Of a stretch of 64,000 nt of DNA, positions 23,483-34,660 are shown piece after piece. The DNA comes from an uncultured Gemmatimonadales bacterium. Its GTDB lineage: Bacteria > Gemmatimonadota > Gemmatimonadetes > Gemmatimonadales > Gemmatimonadaceae. A program made the translations under genes and the position numbers. The stretch's first letter is position 1; every line of letters starts with the position of its first letter. Below the pieces are notes generated by a model. That model had not been told where the DNA came from and ran no database searches. It saw only the letters and a list, made by a program, of their open reading frames with translations. The DNA lies in assembly GCA_963851265.1 (NCBI GenBank), contig CAWKNZ010000007.1:32001-96000 (forward strand), given 5' to 3'.

Positions 23483-25571
23483 CGCCCGAACCCGACGGGC
23501 GGCCGGGCGCGCCAAGGCGGACGACCGGCGGCTGCTGCGCCCCCGGCTGCTGGCCGCCCTGCCCACCTCCTCCCTGCCCGCCACCACCGGAGCCGCCGCC
23601 TCCCTGCTGGCTGCCCTGGCCGCCTCCACCGCCGCCGCCGCCGGAGCCCGACGTTCCCCCGCCGCCCCCGCCGCCCGTGCCCTGGCCGCCACTCTTGGCG
23701 CCGCCCTGGCCGCCGCCGCCCTGGCCGCCGCCGCCCGACCCCGACTTCCCTCCCTGGTCGCCTTCGCCCGACTTCATCGGCGGTGGGTTGGCCGGCCGTC
23801 CGCCGGGCGTGTTGCCGCCCGCGGCGTCCTCGTCGCTCCCGCCGCGCGGGCGCACGCGCTGCCCGTTGCGCAACTCGTCCGTCGGGTTCACCACCACGAG
23901 ATCGCCCGGCTTGAGCCCCGTCAGCACCTCCATGCCCGACCCGTAGTCGCGGCCGATGGTGACCGCGCGAATCTGGAGCACCGAGTCGCGCCCGACCACG
24001 GCGACCTGCGCGCCCTGCTGCCGCACGAGCAGCGCGCCGGCCGGGATCATCACCGGGGCGTTGGCCCGCGTCAGTCGAAAGCTCACCGTCGCGAACATCC
24101 CCGGCAGCAGGCGGCGGTCGAGGTTGGCCAGGTCCACTTCGGTGAGCAGCGTGCGCGTGGCCGCGTCGAGCGCGCCCGCCGTGCGCACGACCTTGCCGGT
24201 GAACGTGCGCTGCGGCATGTCGGGCACGTGCACCGTCGCGTGCAGCCCGGTGCGCACGTCGGCGGCGTAGCTCTGCGGCACGCCCACGTAGAGGCGCACC
24301 GTGTCGGCCTGCGCGACGCGGAACAGACTCCCCGATCCGCCCACGCCGCTCGCGCCCGCCGACCCGGACGAGCCGCCCGACGCGCCGGAGCTGCCCGACC
24401 CGCCTAACGCACTCCCCGAGCTTCCGCCCACGCCGGACGTCGTGCCGCCCGCGCTCGTCGCCTGGCCGGGGTTGGAGGTGAGGATGGTGTTGCCGCCCAG
24501 GCTGGCCGGGTTGGTGCTCGTCGACGAGCCGCCGCCCGAAACGAGCACGCCCTCGTCCACGTTGCGCGACGTGACGATGCCCGAGAACGGCGCGGTCACG
24601 GTCGCGTAGCCGACGAGCTCCGCGTTCCGCCGCACGTTCGCTTCGGCGGCCGCGACGCTCGCCACCGCCGCGTCGTAGTTCGCCTGCCGCTGGTCGAGCT
24701 CCTCGCGCGTGATCACCGAGTCGCGGTACAGGATGCGCCAGCGCGCGAGCTCGACGCGCGCGAGGCGGAGCGCGGCCGCGGCCTGGCTGGCGTTGGCGCG
24801 CGCCTCGCGCAGCTGCTCTTCCACGTCGGGCACGTCGAGCACGGCGAGCGGCTGCCCCGCCCGCACGCGCTGCCCGATGTCGACGAGGAAGCGCCGCACG
24901 TACCCCGTCGCGCGCGCGTACACCGCGGCCTCGCGCTGCGCCTGCACGTTGCCCGGCAGGTTGAACTCCGCCACGCTGTCGCCCGAGGCGACCTTGGTCA
25001 CGGTCACGGCCGGAATGCTGTCGTTGTGCGCGCTCTGCTGGGCCTGCTGCTGCAACTTCTTGTCGCGGTTGCGGCGCGGCAGGATGCCGATCAGCAGAAA
25101 GAGCGCGAGCACGACGACGACCACGATCGCGCCGATGATGATGACGCGCCGCCGCACGGGCTTCGGGTGATCGCCTTTCTTGTCGTCCTGTCCGTCCTTC
25201 CGCGCGCCCGGGCCCGGCGGGGGTGGCGGGCGCGGTGGCGCCGGTGCGGGCGGCGGCGCCGCCGCCGCCGGGATCTGGACGTCGACGACGACGTGCGTTC
25301 CCGCACCCGGGGCGGCGCCGGGCGCCGCACCCTGGCCCTGCGGGGCGGCACCCGGCGGCGGGCCGCCCGGCCCCGGCGGCGCACCCTGCGGCGGTGCGCC
25401 CGCGCCGGGTGAGACGTCGATGTGCACCTGCACCGGCGACGGTGCAGGCTGCCCGGCCGGCGGCGGCGCGGCCGGGGGCGGGCCGGGGGGCAGCGACCCA
25501 GGCGGGCCGGCCGATTGCGGGCCGGGCTGTCCCCCGGGGGCGGACCGACTCGGGGTCCGGTCGTCAGACAT
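23457..25571 (-). CDS. RND efflux periplasmic adaptor (membrane fusion protein) with low-complexity extensions
   Basis: TM segment, LPGNVQA, YARATGY, VDIGQRV, APFSG.V..RNV, LLPGMFA, GRDYG; Pro-rich N-term, Gly/Gln-rich C-term. Confidence 0.88.
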   Translation of the reverse strand: MSDDRTPSRSAPGGQPGPQSAGPPGSLPPGPPPAAPPPAGQPAPSPVQVHIDVSPGAGAPPQGAPPGPGGPPPGAAPQGQGAAPGAAPGAGTHVVVDVQIPAAAAPPPAPAPPRPPPPPGPGARKDGQDDKKGDHPKPVRRRVIIIGAIVVVVVLALFLLIGILPRRNRDKKLQQQAQQSAHNDSIPAVTVTKVASGDSVAEFNLPGNVQAQREAAVYARATGYVRRFLVDIGQRVRAGQPLAVLDVPDVEEQLREARANASQAAAALRLARVELARWRILYRDSVITREELDQRQANYDAAVASVAAAEANVRRNAELVGYATVTAPFSGIVTSRNVDEGVLVSGGGSSTSTNPASLGGNTILTSNPGQATSAGGTTSGVGGSSGSALGGSGSSGASGGSSGSAGASGVGGSGSLFRVAQADTVRLYVGVPQSYAADVRTGLHATVHVPDMPQRTFTGKVVRTAGALDAATRTLLTEVDLANLDRRLLPGMFATVSFRLTRANAPVMIPAGALLVRQQGAQVAVVGRDSVLQIRAVTIGRDYGSGMEVLTGLKPGDLVVVNPTDELRNGQRVRPRGGSDEDAAGGNTPGGRPANPPPMKSGEGDQGGKSGSGGGGQGGGGQGGAKSGGQGTGGGGGGGTSGSGGGGGGGGQGSQQGGGGSGGGGQGGGGQGGQQPGAQQPPVVRLGAPGRPSGSGASSGSGRP

Positions 25572-28500
25572 GGGCAGGCACGGAGCGTGGGGAAGTCGTC
25601 GTGGGCTGGCGACGGTCGCCGACGCGGCGGTCGCCGTCCGGGTGCCGCCAGGGCGCGTCCGCGCCGTCGTGATCACCGTCGTGGCCGTCGCCGTCGTGGT
25701 CGTGGCCATCGCCGTTCGAGCCGTTCCCGTCGGAACCGTTCCGGCGCTCGCCCTGCCGGCGCTCCGGCGGCGTGTCGGCGGCGTCGGCCGCGGGCGCGGC
25801 CGGCTGGCCGTTGGGCCGGCCGCCGTTTCGCTTGAGGTCCTCACGCTGCTTCTCGCGGCCCGTGAGGGCGGGCTCGGGCAGCTCCTCGTCCGGCGCGGGC
25901 GCCTTCTTCCGCATCAGCGAGTACAGGGTCGGCAGCACGAACAGCGTGTACAGGCTCGCGACGAGCAACCCGCCGATCACCGCGCGGCCGAGCGGGGCGT
26001 TCTGCTCGCCACCCTCGCCGATGCCTAACGCCATCGGCAGCATGCCGAGGATCATCGCGAGCGCGGTCATGATCACGGGGCGCAGGCGCGTCACGCCGGC
26101 GCTGACCGCCGCGTCGTGCGCGTCCTTGCCTTCGGCCCGCTCGTCTTCCGCGAACGTCAGCAGCAGCACCGAGTTGGACGTGGCCACGCCGAGCGCCATG
26201 ATCGTCCCCATGAGCGACGGCACGTTCCACGTCGTGTGCGACGTGAACAGCCCCCACATCGTCCCCGCCAGCGCGCCCGGCAGCGCGAGCACGATGATGA
26301 GCGGGTCGACCCACGACTGGAAGTTGACGACGAGCAGCACGTACACGAGCAGCATCGCCGCGAGGATGCCGAGCACGAGCCCCTTGATCGACGTCCGCAT
26401 GCTCTCGACCTGCCCGCGGACGTGCAGTTCGGAGCCCTTCGGCAGCTTCTCCGACTGCGTGATCTTCTCGATGTCGGAGGCGACGCCGCCGAGGTCGCGG
26501 TCGGTCGCGCTCGCGTAGACGTCGAACGAGGGCTGCACGTCGTAGTGCGTGACGATGGCCGGCGCGAGATCGCGCGACTCGGTGACGAGGTTGGCGAGCA
26601 GCTGCGGCTGCGCACTGCCCCCCGGGGGCGCGACCGGCGTGCGCGCGAGCGCGTCGATCGACGACAGCTGGTAGGGCGGCACCTGCACGGCCACCTGGTA
26701 CTGCACGCCATTGCTCGGGTCGAGCCAGAAGTTGGGCGCGCTCTGGAACGATCCGCTCAGCGCGATGAGCATCGAGCTGGCGACGTCGCGCGTGCTCACG
26801 CCCGCCTGTTCGGCGCGCAGGCGGTCGATCGAGAAGAAGAGCTCGGGCGCCGTGGTCACCTGCTGCACGCGCACGTCGCTCGCGCCGGGCACGCGTTTGG
26901 CGCGGTCGGCGATGCGCGTCGCGATCGCGTAGTTCGCCTGCGCGTTGCGCCCGGTGATCTGCACGTCGATGGGCGACGGCAGGCCGAGGTTGAGGATGCG
27001 CGTGACGATGTCGGCCGGCTGGAAGTAGAACTCGACGTCCGGGTACTCGGCGCGCAGCGTGTCGCGCAGCTCCGCCTGGTACGCGGCCACCTTGCCCGTG
27101 TGCTTCTCTGCGAGCGACACGAGGATCTCGCCGTCGAACCCGCCGATCGTCGCCTGGTCGCCGGTCGCGAGCGTGACGCCGCCGCCGGCAAGCCCGACGT
27201 CGTCGAGGATCAGGCCGATCTCGCTCGGCGCGATCACGCGGCGGATGGTGCGCTCGACCGAGCCGAACACGAGTTCGGTCTCTTCGAGACGCGTGCCCGG
27301 ACGCGCGCGCAGATGCAGGCGCAGCTGGCCGGCGTCGACGCTGGGGAAGAAGTCCTGCCCGATCTGCGGCATCAGGGCCAGGCTGCCGAGCGCGAACACG
27401 GCCGCGATCGCGAGCGTCCAGACCGGCACGCCGATCGCGCCGGCGAGCAGGCGGTGGTAGCCACCCCGCAGCTTCTCGAACTGTCGGTCGATGTGCACGT
27501 TGAGCCGCCACGTCCACCCGGCCTTCATCTTCTTCTGTTCCTGGTCGGCGCCGTGGTGCAGGTCGGCCTCCTTCTTCAGGAGATACCGGGCCATCGTCGG
27601 CACGAGCGTGCGCGACAGGATGTACGACGCGAGCACCGCGAAGATCACGGACATCGCGAGCGGGCGGAACAGCGACGCCGCCGGCCCGCTCAGGAAGAAG
27701 ATCGGGACGAAGACGATCGAGATCGACAGCGACGACACGAACGCCGGCACCGCGATCTGCGCCGCGCCGTCGAGGATCGCCTGGAGGAGATCCTTACCCT
27801 CGGCCAGGTTGCGGTGCATGTTCTCGATCTCGACCGTCGCGTCGTCGACCAGGATGCCGATGGCGAGCGCGAGGCCGCCGAGCGTCATGATGTTGAGCGA
27901 CTGCCGGAGCGCCCACAGGCAGACGACCGACGTGAGGATCGACAGCGGGATCGACGTCACGACGATGAGCGTGCTGCGCCACGAGCCGAGGAACAGCAGG
28001 ATCATCGTCGCCGTGAGGCACGCCGCGATGAGCCCCTCGCGGATGACCCCCTGGATCGACGCGCGCACGTACGTCGACTGGTCCGAGATCACCGAGAGAC
28101 TGATGCCGGCGGGGATCGACGCCTGGGCGCGGCCGAGCAGCTCGCGCACCTGCTTCACCACCTTGAGCGTCGACGCGCTGCCCGTCTTGAGCACTTCGAG
28201 GTAGGCGCCGCGGCGGCCGTTCACGCGCACGATGTTGGTCTGCACGCCGGCGCCGAGCCGCACCTGCGCGACGTCGCGGATGTAGACCATCTGCCCGTTC
28301 ACCTGCTTGATGGGCAGGTCGTTGAGGCGGTCGGCCACGGTCGGGCTCGCGTCGAGGCGCACGCGGTACTCGCGGTCGCCGAGCCGCGCCGTGCCCGTCG
28401 GGAGCACCACGTTCTGCGTGTTGATCGCCGACGAGACGTCGCTCGGTGTGAGGCCGAGCGCGTACAGCCGGTTGAGGTCGATGTCGACGTTCACCTGCTT

Positions 28501-29044
28501 GGGCGCGCCGCCGAACACCGGCGGGATGTTGGTGCCCTGCGCGGTCACGAGCTGATTGCGGACGAACTGGTTGCCCGCGTCGTTCAGCTCCTGCTCCCCC
28601 ACGTCGCCGGCGATGCCGATCTGCATCACCGGGACGTCGGTCGCGTTGAAGCGGATGATGTAGGGCGGCGTGATCCCCGGCGGCATGGTGCCGCACCGCG
28701 GACTGCGACGAAGCGGTGATCTGCGCGACGGCGTTCTCGACGCTCGTGCCCGGCTGCAGGAAGACGCGCACGACCGCGAGGCCGTCGAGCGCCTCGCTCT
28801 CGACGTGCTCGATGTCGGTGACGCCGATCGTGTACGACCGTTCGGCGACGGTCATCACGCGCCCTTCCATCTCCTTGGCCGGCAGCCCGTTGTACACCCA
28901 CACGGCCGAGACCACCGGCAGGTTGATGGCCGGGAAGATGTCGGTCTGCATCGAGAGCGCCGCGTACGCGCCCACGAGGATCATGAGGATCGCGAGGCAC
29001 GCCGTCGTGAACGGCCGCCGCAGCGAGAGTTTGACGATCCACAT
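25564..29044 (-). pseudogene. RND efflux permease subunit split by a 1-nt frameshift near 28687-28693 (pseudogene or sequencing error)
   Basis: MWIVKLSLRRP..DIFP.I.LPVV in one frame to ...SQSAVR; continues as MPPGITPP...LAIGILVDDATVEIEN...TRLRPVIMTA in another; junction gtg cgg cac c atg ccg. Confidence 0.85.
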
Positions 29045-29076
29045 CGGTCAGCGCCTCGCCGTGAGAAACGGGACGG

Positions 29077-30891
29077 TCACAGCTCGCGCCCGACGAACGC
29101 GTTGAGGCTCGTGCGGGCGAGGGCGTAGTCGTACGTGGCGTTCACGAGCTGCTGCTCGGCCTGCGTGAGCTGCTGCTCGGCGTTGCTGAGGTCGAGTACG
29201 GTGGCAACGCCCGCGCCGTACCGCACGTTCTGCACGCGATAACTCTCGCGAGCCACCTGCACCGCCGTTTGCGACAGGCGCACCTGCTGTGCCGTGAGCG
29301 CGATGTTGCCGAGCCGCCTTTCGACTTCCGACCGCGCCTCACGCTCGGCGTCGGATGCCGACACCTGCGCCACCTGCGACGCGGCCGCGGCGCGGTCCAC
29401 CTGGTACTCGCGCACGTTGCCGTTGAAGATCGGGTAGCTCGTCGTGAGCGCGACGGCCCACCCCTGCCGCGCGCCGGCGAGGGCGAGCCCGCTCGGCGCC
29501 ATCGTGTAGCTCGTGCCGAGCCGGACGGTCGGGAGGTACTGCGCGCGTGCGGCCCCGACGCCCGCCTCGGCCGCGCGCGCGGAGTCGCGGGCCGCGACGA
29601 GCGTGGGCGCCGCGCGCAGGGCGAGCGCGAGGATCGCCGTGTCGGCGAGGGCGAGCGGGCGCGGGACGATCGCGGTGTCGAGCCGCGCCTCGACCGCGCC
29701 CGGCACGCCGGTCAGGCGGCCTAACGCGTAGGCCGACGCGCGGCGCTGGATCGCGGCCTGGGCGTAGGCGACGCGCGCGTTGTTGAGCAGCAGCTCGAAC
29801 TGCAGCACGTCGGCCGGGGTCGCGGTGCCCACCGCGCGCCGGCGCCCCGCCTGGCGGGCGTCCTCCGCCGCGCGACGCACCTGCGCGAGCGCGACCGCCT
29901 CGAGGTCCTCGGACCGTCGCACGTCGTAGAAGACGGTTTCCACCTGTTCGACGACGAGGAAGCGCTGCGAGACGGAGATCGCCTCGGCCGCCCGCGTCTC
30001 GGCGCGCGCACGGCGCGTGTCCGCCGCGCGCCGTCCGCCGGTGAACACGTCGTAGCCGGCCACCAGCGTCATGTACGCGGTGTTCCCGATCGAGGCGGGC
30101 GTGCCGGGCGTCGTGGTCCCACCACCCGCACCCGTCTGCGCGACCGGTGCCGACGGCACGGCGATCCCGCGCGAGAGCGTCGGCGTGCTCGATGCCCGGT
30201 TGGACGAGCTACCCGAGCCGAACGTGCCCCCGAATCCGCCCGCCGCGGTGCCCGAGCTGTCGCTGCCGCCGGTGGTGGTCGTGCCCGTGCCCCCGATGCC
30301 GGTGGGACCGATCACGCCCGCGAGCGACTGCCCCGCGAGCGTAGGCGTGCCGTTGCGTAGCACGCTCGAGTTCACGGTGAGGGACGGCAGGTACTCGCCA
30401 TACGCGACGCGCTCGGCCGCGTGCGCCAGGCGCACGACCGCGCCCGCCCGCGCGGTCGTCGGACTGAGTTCGATGGCGCGCGCCACGGCCTCCGTGCGGC
30501 GCAGCGTGGCGCTCACCCGGAACGGCGGCAGGTTGGCGACGACGTCGGAGGTGTCGGCGGGAGGGCCCGACGGCACGTTACGCAGGCCGAGTCCGCCGGT
30601 CGCGCCGCTTGCCGCGCCGCCCGGCGCAGCGCCCGCCCCGCGTCCGCCGGCCGCGCCGGCCGCGCCGCCAGCCGCGCCGCCGCCCGACCCGGAGCCAGAG
30701 CCGGCACCGCCAGAGCCGGCACCACCCGAGCCGGCTCCGCCGCCACCCGCCCCCCCGCCGCCCGACCCTCCTCCACCGCCGCCTCCGCCTCCGCCCCCGC
30801 CACCCTGCGCGTGCGCCGCCGCGCCGCACACCGCGACGCACGCCAGTGCGCCCAGCGCTCGTCGAAGCGCTCCGGCCGTATGCCCCCGCAT
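29077..30891 (-). CDS. TolC-family outer membrane efflux protein with Gly-rich N-terminal linker
   Basis: Signal peptide ending AAHA-Q, poly-Gly, YLP.L, D.F.GG, YLPTV, PIFNG, RY..G..T.LD...A; adjacent to RND/MFP. Confidence 0.85.
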   Translation of the reverse strand: MRGHTAGALRRALGALACVAVCGAAAHAQGGGGGGGGGGGGGSGGGGAGGGGAGSGGAGSGGAGSGSGSGGGAAGGAAGAAGGRGAGAAPGGAASGATGGLGLRNVPSGPPADTSDVVANLPPFRVSATLRRTEAVARAIELSPTTARAGAVVRLAHAAERVAYGEYLPSLTVNSSVLRNGTPTLAGQSLAGVIGPTGIGGTGTTTTGGSDSSGTAAGGFGGTFGSGSSSNRASSTPTLSRGIAVPSAPVAQTGAGGGTTTPGTPASIGNTAYMTLVAGYDVFTGGRRAADTRRARAETRAAEAISVSQRFLVVEQVETVFYDVRRSEDLEAVALAQVRRAAEDARQAGRRRAVGTATPADVLQFELLLNNARVAYAQAAIQRRASAYALGRLTGVPGAVEARLDTAIVPRPLALADTAILALALRAAPTLVAARDSARAAEAGVGAARAQYLPTVRLGTSYTMAPSGLALAGARQGWAVALTTSYPIFNGNVREYQVDRAAAASQVAQVSASDAEREARSEVERRLGNIALTAQQVRLSQTAVQVARESYRVQNVRYGAGVATVLDLSNAEQQLTQAEQQLVNATYDYALARTSLNAFVGREL

Positions 30892-31049
30892 CTGCCCTCG
30901 CTCACTGATCCGGCACCGCCACGCGACTCGGCACCAGACTGCCGCCTCGCGTGGAACCCCAGGCCGCGCGCCATCGCACGACTCGCACCGTCTCGGGGAA
31001 TACGCCCCGGCCCGTCGACGCGTTGCCTGCGGGTCGCGTCCGCGCTCCT

Positions 31050-31090
31050 CCGACGCGCCCCCGACGCGCCCCCGACGCGCCCCCGACGCG
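31050..31090. repeat. Intergenic 11-nt tandem repeat (ccgacgcgccc x3.7)
   Basis: Three perfect copies plus a partial, between divergent tolC and ppc. Confidence 0.9.
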
Positions 31091-31209
31091 TTCCTCGCCC
31101 GTCGCCCACGCGACCCCGGCGCCGCCCGGCCGCACGCCGACCGGGCGTGCCGTTTGCGGAACACGCGCAGGCGAGCAGGCCGGAGCGCCCCGTCCCGTTG
31201 GAGACCGTC

Positions 31210-34101
31210 GTGCTGAAGTCCGCTGTCGATCCGTCCCCGGGCCCCGCGGCCCCGGCGCCCCTGCCTAACGCAACCGCCGGTCCGGCCCACGACGCCGCCC
31301 GCGACGCGACGCGCGCCGAGGATCAGCCCCTCCACGAGGACGTGCGGTGGCTCGCCGGCGCCCTGGGGCGCGTCATTCGGCGGCTCGAAGGGGACGACGC
31401 GTTCCACACGGTCGAAGGGCTCCGCCGCGCCTGTCGGGCCCGGCGGCACGGCGACCCGGGCGCGCCCGCGCTGCCGGCGCTCCTCGCGCAGGTCGAGGCG
31501 CTCACGCCCGAGGCGTCCGCGATCGCGGCGCGCGCGTTCACGCTCTTCTTCCTGCTCATCAACACGGCGGAGCAGGTGCACCGCGTCCGACGCCGTGCCG
31601 ACTACCTCGGCGCGGACGGCGTGGAGCGGGCACCCCAGCCAGCGTCCGCGCGGTGGACGATGCGCCGCCTGCGCGACGAGGGCCGTAGCGCGGCCGAGGT
31701 GGCCGACGCGCTCGGGCGGCTCGCGATCCGCCCCGTGCTCACCGCGCACCCGACCGAGTCCACCCGCCGCACGCTCCTCGCGCTGCAGGCGCGCGTGGCC
31801 GACCTGCTGCTGCGCCGCGAGGCGAGCGCGGCCGCCGAGCGCGTCGCCGTCGAGGAGGCACTCGACGGCGAGGTCGAGTTGCTCTGGCTCACGGCCGAGG
31901 TGCGCCACGACCGGCCGACCGTGATGGACGAGGTGAGCACCGTGCTCTGGTACCTCGAGACGCGGCTCCTCGACGCCGGCGCGCACGCGCACGACGCCCT
32001 CGTGCGTGCGTACGCGGCCGAGTTCGACGTGGCGGAGGACGCGACGGACGCGCTGCGGCTCGCGACGCCCCTGCGGCTCGGCAACTGGGTGGGCGGTGAC
32101 CGCGACGGGAACCCGTACGTCACCCCCGAAACGACCGTCGCGGCCGCGCGCCGCGCGAGCCACGTCATCCTCGGCCGTTACGCCGCCGCGCTCGGCGCGC
32201 TCGTGGAACGCCTGTCGCTCTCGGCGCACCTCGCGCCGCCCTCGGAGGCGCTCTTCGCGTCGCTGGACGACGACCGCCAGGTGCTGCCCGAGGTGTGGCA
32301 GGCCAACGCGCGCCGCAACGCCGACGAGCCCGTGCGGTTGAAGCTGTCGATGATGGCCGCCCGGGTGGAGGCCGCGCGCCGGCTCGTCGCATCGCGCGAC
32401 GCGGGGCGCCCGGCGCACGAGCCGGCAGCCTACCGCGCCGCCGCCGAGTTCGAGCGCGACCTGCTGCTCGTGCGCGAGGCGCTCGTGGCGGCCGGCGCGC
32501 GCGCGGCCTGCCGCACCGCGCTCGACCCGCTGCTCGCGCTCGTCCGCGCGCACGGGTTGCACGGGTTTCGCCTGGACGTGCGCGACCACGCGGACGCGCA
32601 CCGCGCCGCGCTCGACGACGTCGCGGCCCGCCTCGGGCTCCCCCCATTCGACGCCGCCTCGCTGCGCCGCGAACTGTTGGGCCGCCGCCCGCTCGTCGGC
32701 CCGGAGTTCTCGTGCGACGAGGCCACGGCGAAGGTGCTCGGCACGGCGCGCGCGGTGCGCACCGTGCAGGACGAGGCGGGCGAGGACGCGGCGAGCACGT
32801 ACATCATCTCGATGACCACCGAGCCCGAGGACCTGCTGCGCGTGCTCGTGCTCGCGCGCGAGGCCGGGCTCGTCGACCTCGCCGCCGACCCGCCGCGGTC
32901 GCGCCTCGACGTGGTACCGCTGTTCGAGACGTTAGGCGACCTGGAGCGCGCCCCCGAGGTGCTGCGCGCGCTGTTCGCCGACCCGGTGTACGCCCGGCAG
33001 CTCGCCGCGCGCGGTCGGCGGCAGGAGGTGATGATCGGGTACTCGGACTCGGGCAAGGACGCCGGAATGCTCGCGTCGTCGTGGGCGCTGTACGAGGGGC
33101 AGGAGGCGCTCGCCGCCGCGTGCGACGCGGCCGGGGTGACGCTGCAGCTCTTCCACGGGCGGGGCGGCTCGGTGGGGCGCGGCGGCGGATCGCCTGTCTA
33201 CCGCGCCCTCGCCGCGCTCCCGCCACACACGGCCCGCGGCCGCGTCAAGATCACGGAGCAGGGCGAGATCATCTCGCAGCAGTTCGGGCTCGAGCCGGTC
33301 GCGGAGCGCACGCTCGAGGTCACACTCGCGGGCACGCTGCTGCACGAGTTCACCGACTGGCGCGACGGCGTCGCGCCGGCCGACGTCGAACGGTTTCGCG
33401 CGACGATGGCGGAACTCGCCGCGCGTTCGCTCGACGTGTACCGCGAGGTCGTCCACGCGCCCGACCGGCGCGACGCGCTCTTCGGGCTCTTTTTGCGCGC
33501 GACGCCGGTGACCGCGCTCGCCGCCGCGCGCTTCGGCTCGCGTCCGGCCTACCGCCCCGGCGCGACCGCCACGGTCGAGGGCATCCGCGCGATCCCGTGG
33601 CAGTTCGGGTGGACGCAGACGCGCCTGATGCTCCCCGGCTGGCTCGGCGTCGGCACGGCGCTGGCCGCGGTCGGCGCGACCGCCGACGGGCTCGCGACGC
33701 TGCGCGCGATGGCGCGGGCGTGGCCGTTCTTCGACGACCTGCTGGCGAAGATCGAGATGGTCTGCGCCAAGGCCGACCTCGAGATCGCCCGGCTCTACAC
33801 GAACGAGTTGGGCGGGCCGGACGACGCGGCGCTGTTCGACGCGCTCGCGGCCGAGTTCGCGCGCACCGTCGAGTGGGTGCTGCGCGTGCGCGGAACGGAG
33901 AGTCTGTTGGACGACGCACCCGTGCTGCGGGCGGCGATCGCGCTGCGCAACCCCTACGTCGACCCGCTCTCGTTGCTGCAGGTGGCGCTGATGCGCCGGC
34001 AGCGGGCGTTGGGCGACGGCGCGCCCGACCGCGCGCGGGTGGACGAGGCGCTCGCGGTGACGCTCAGCGGCGTCGCGCAGGGGCTGCGCAACACCGGGTG
34101 A
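31210..34101 (+). CDS. ppc: Phosphoenolpyruvate carboxylase
   Basis: VLTAHPTE, WVGGDRDGNP, VVPLFET, QEVMIGYSDSGKD, FHGRGGSVGRGG, TEQGE, RAIPW, C-terminal GLRNTG; GGAG RBS before GTG 31210. Confidence 0.95.
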   Translation: MLKSAVDPSPGPAAPAPLPNATAGPAHDAARDATRAEDQPLHEDVRWLAGALGRVIRRLEGDDAFHTVEGLRRACRARRHGDPGAPALPALLAQVEALTPEASAIAARAFTLFFLLINTAEQVHRVRRRADYLGADGVERAPQPASARWTMRRLRDEGRSAAEVADALGRLAIRPVLTAHPTESTRRTLLALQARVADLLLRREASAAAERVAVEEALDGEVELLWLTAEVRHDRPTVMDEVSTVLWYLETRLLDAGAHAHDALVRAYAAEFDVAEDATDALRLATPLRLGNWVGGDRDGNPYVTPETTVAAARRASHVILGRYAAALGALVERLSLSAHLAPPSEALFASLDDDRQVLPEVWQANARRNADEPVRLKLSMMAARVEAARRLVASRDAGRPAHEPAAYRAAAEFERDLLLVREALVAAGARAACRTALDPLLALVRAHGLHGFRLDVRDHADAHRAALDDVAARLGLPPFDAASLRRELLGRRPLVGPEFSCDEATAKVLGTARAVRTVQDEAGEDAASTYIISMTTEPEDLLRVLVLAREAGLVDLAADPPRSRLDVVPLFETLGDLERAPEVLRALFADPVYARQLAARGRRQEVMIGYSDSGKDAGMLASSWALYEGQEALAAACDAAGVTLQLFHGRGGSVGRGGGSPVYRALAALPPHTARGRVKITEQGEIISQQFGLEPVAERTLEVTLAGTLLHEFTDWRDGVAPADVERFRATMAELAARSLDVYREVVHAPDRRDALFGLFLRATPVTALAAARFGSRPAYRPGATATVEGIRAIPWQFGWTQTRLMLPGWLGVGTALAAVGATADGLATLRAMARAWPFFDDLLAKIEMVCAKADLEIARLYTNELGGPDDAALFDALAAEFARTVEWVLRVRGTESLLDDAPVLRAAIALRNPYVDPLSLLQVALMRRQRALGDGAPDRARVDEALAVTLSGVAQGLRNTG

Positions 34102-34179
34102 GCGTGCTAGGGTGGGGCCGTGTGGCCGGCCGGGGCTGAAGCCGGCCGGCTCACACCTCCTCAGCCCTGCGTGCCGGCG

Positions 34180-34626
34180 TCAGACCGCCGCGCCCTGCTC
34201 CAGCTTCGCGTCGAGCGTGATCGTCGCGTTGAGCACCTTCGACACCGGGCAGTTGGCCTTCGCCTCGTTGGCGAGCTCCTGGAACTTCGCGTCGTCGATG
34301 CCCGGAACGCGCGCCTGGAGGTCGAGGCGGATCGCGGTGATCGCGAAGCCGCCACCCTGCGATTCCAGCGTCAGGTTGGCCGTCGTGCGCAGCTCGTCGG
34401 GCGTGAAGCCCGCGGTCTGCAGCTGAAACGCGAGCGCCATCGAGAAGCAGCCCGCGTGCGCCGCGGCGATGAGCTCTTCGGGGTTGGTCCCGGCGCGCCC
34501 GTCCTCGCTCTCGAAGCGCGTCTTGAACGAGTAGGGCGTGCCGTTCAGCACGCTGCTGGGGGTCGTGAGGTGGCCCGTGCCGTCCCTGCCGGTGCCGTTC
34601 CAAACCGCGTTGGCCGTGCGGAGCAT
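34180..34626 (-). CDS. osmC: OsmC family peroxiredoxin
   Basis: A.A.W.G, YSF.TRF, GTNPEELIAAAHAGCFSMA, AK.NCPVS. Confidence 0.93.
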   Translation of the reverse strand: MLRTANAVWNGTGRDGTGHLTTPSSVLNGTPYSFKTRFESEDGRAGTNPEELIAAAHAGCFSMALAFQLQTAGFTPDELRTTANLTLESQGGGFAITAIRLDLQARVPGIDDAKFQELANEAKANCPVSKVLNATITLDAKLEQGAAV

Positions 34627-34660
34627 CGTAGCGTTGGTCAGAAGGTGGGATGGGTCGTGC

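Noticed and set aside
31050..31090. Short repeats as a CRISPR array or iterons
   Set aside because: No spacers, cas or rep genes; a simple tandem repeat.
29077..34101. Apparent long overlap between the 1174-aa tolC ORF and the 1226-aa ppc ORF
   Set aside because: Signal peptide and RBS place the true starts at 30891 and about 31210; the extensions are antisense shadow.
31210..34101. ppc as evidence of autotrophic carbon fixation
   Set aside because: Ordinary anaplerotic enzyme; no fixation pathway genes nearby.
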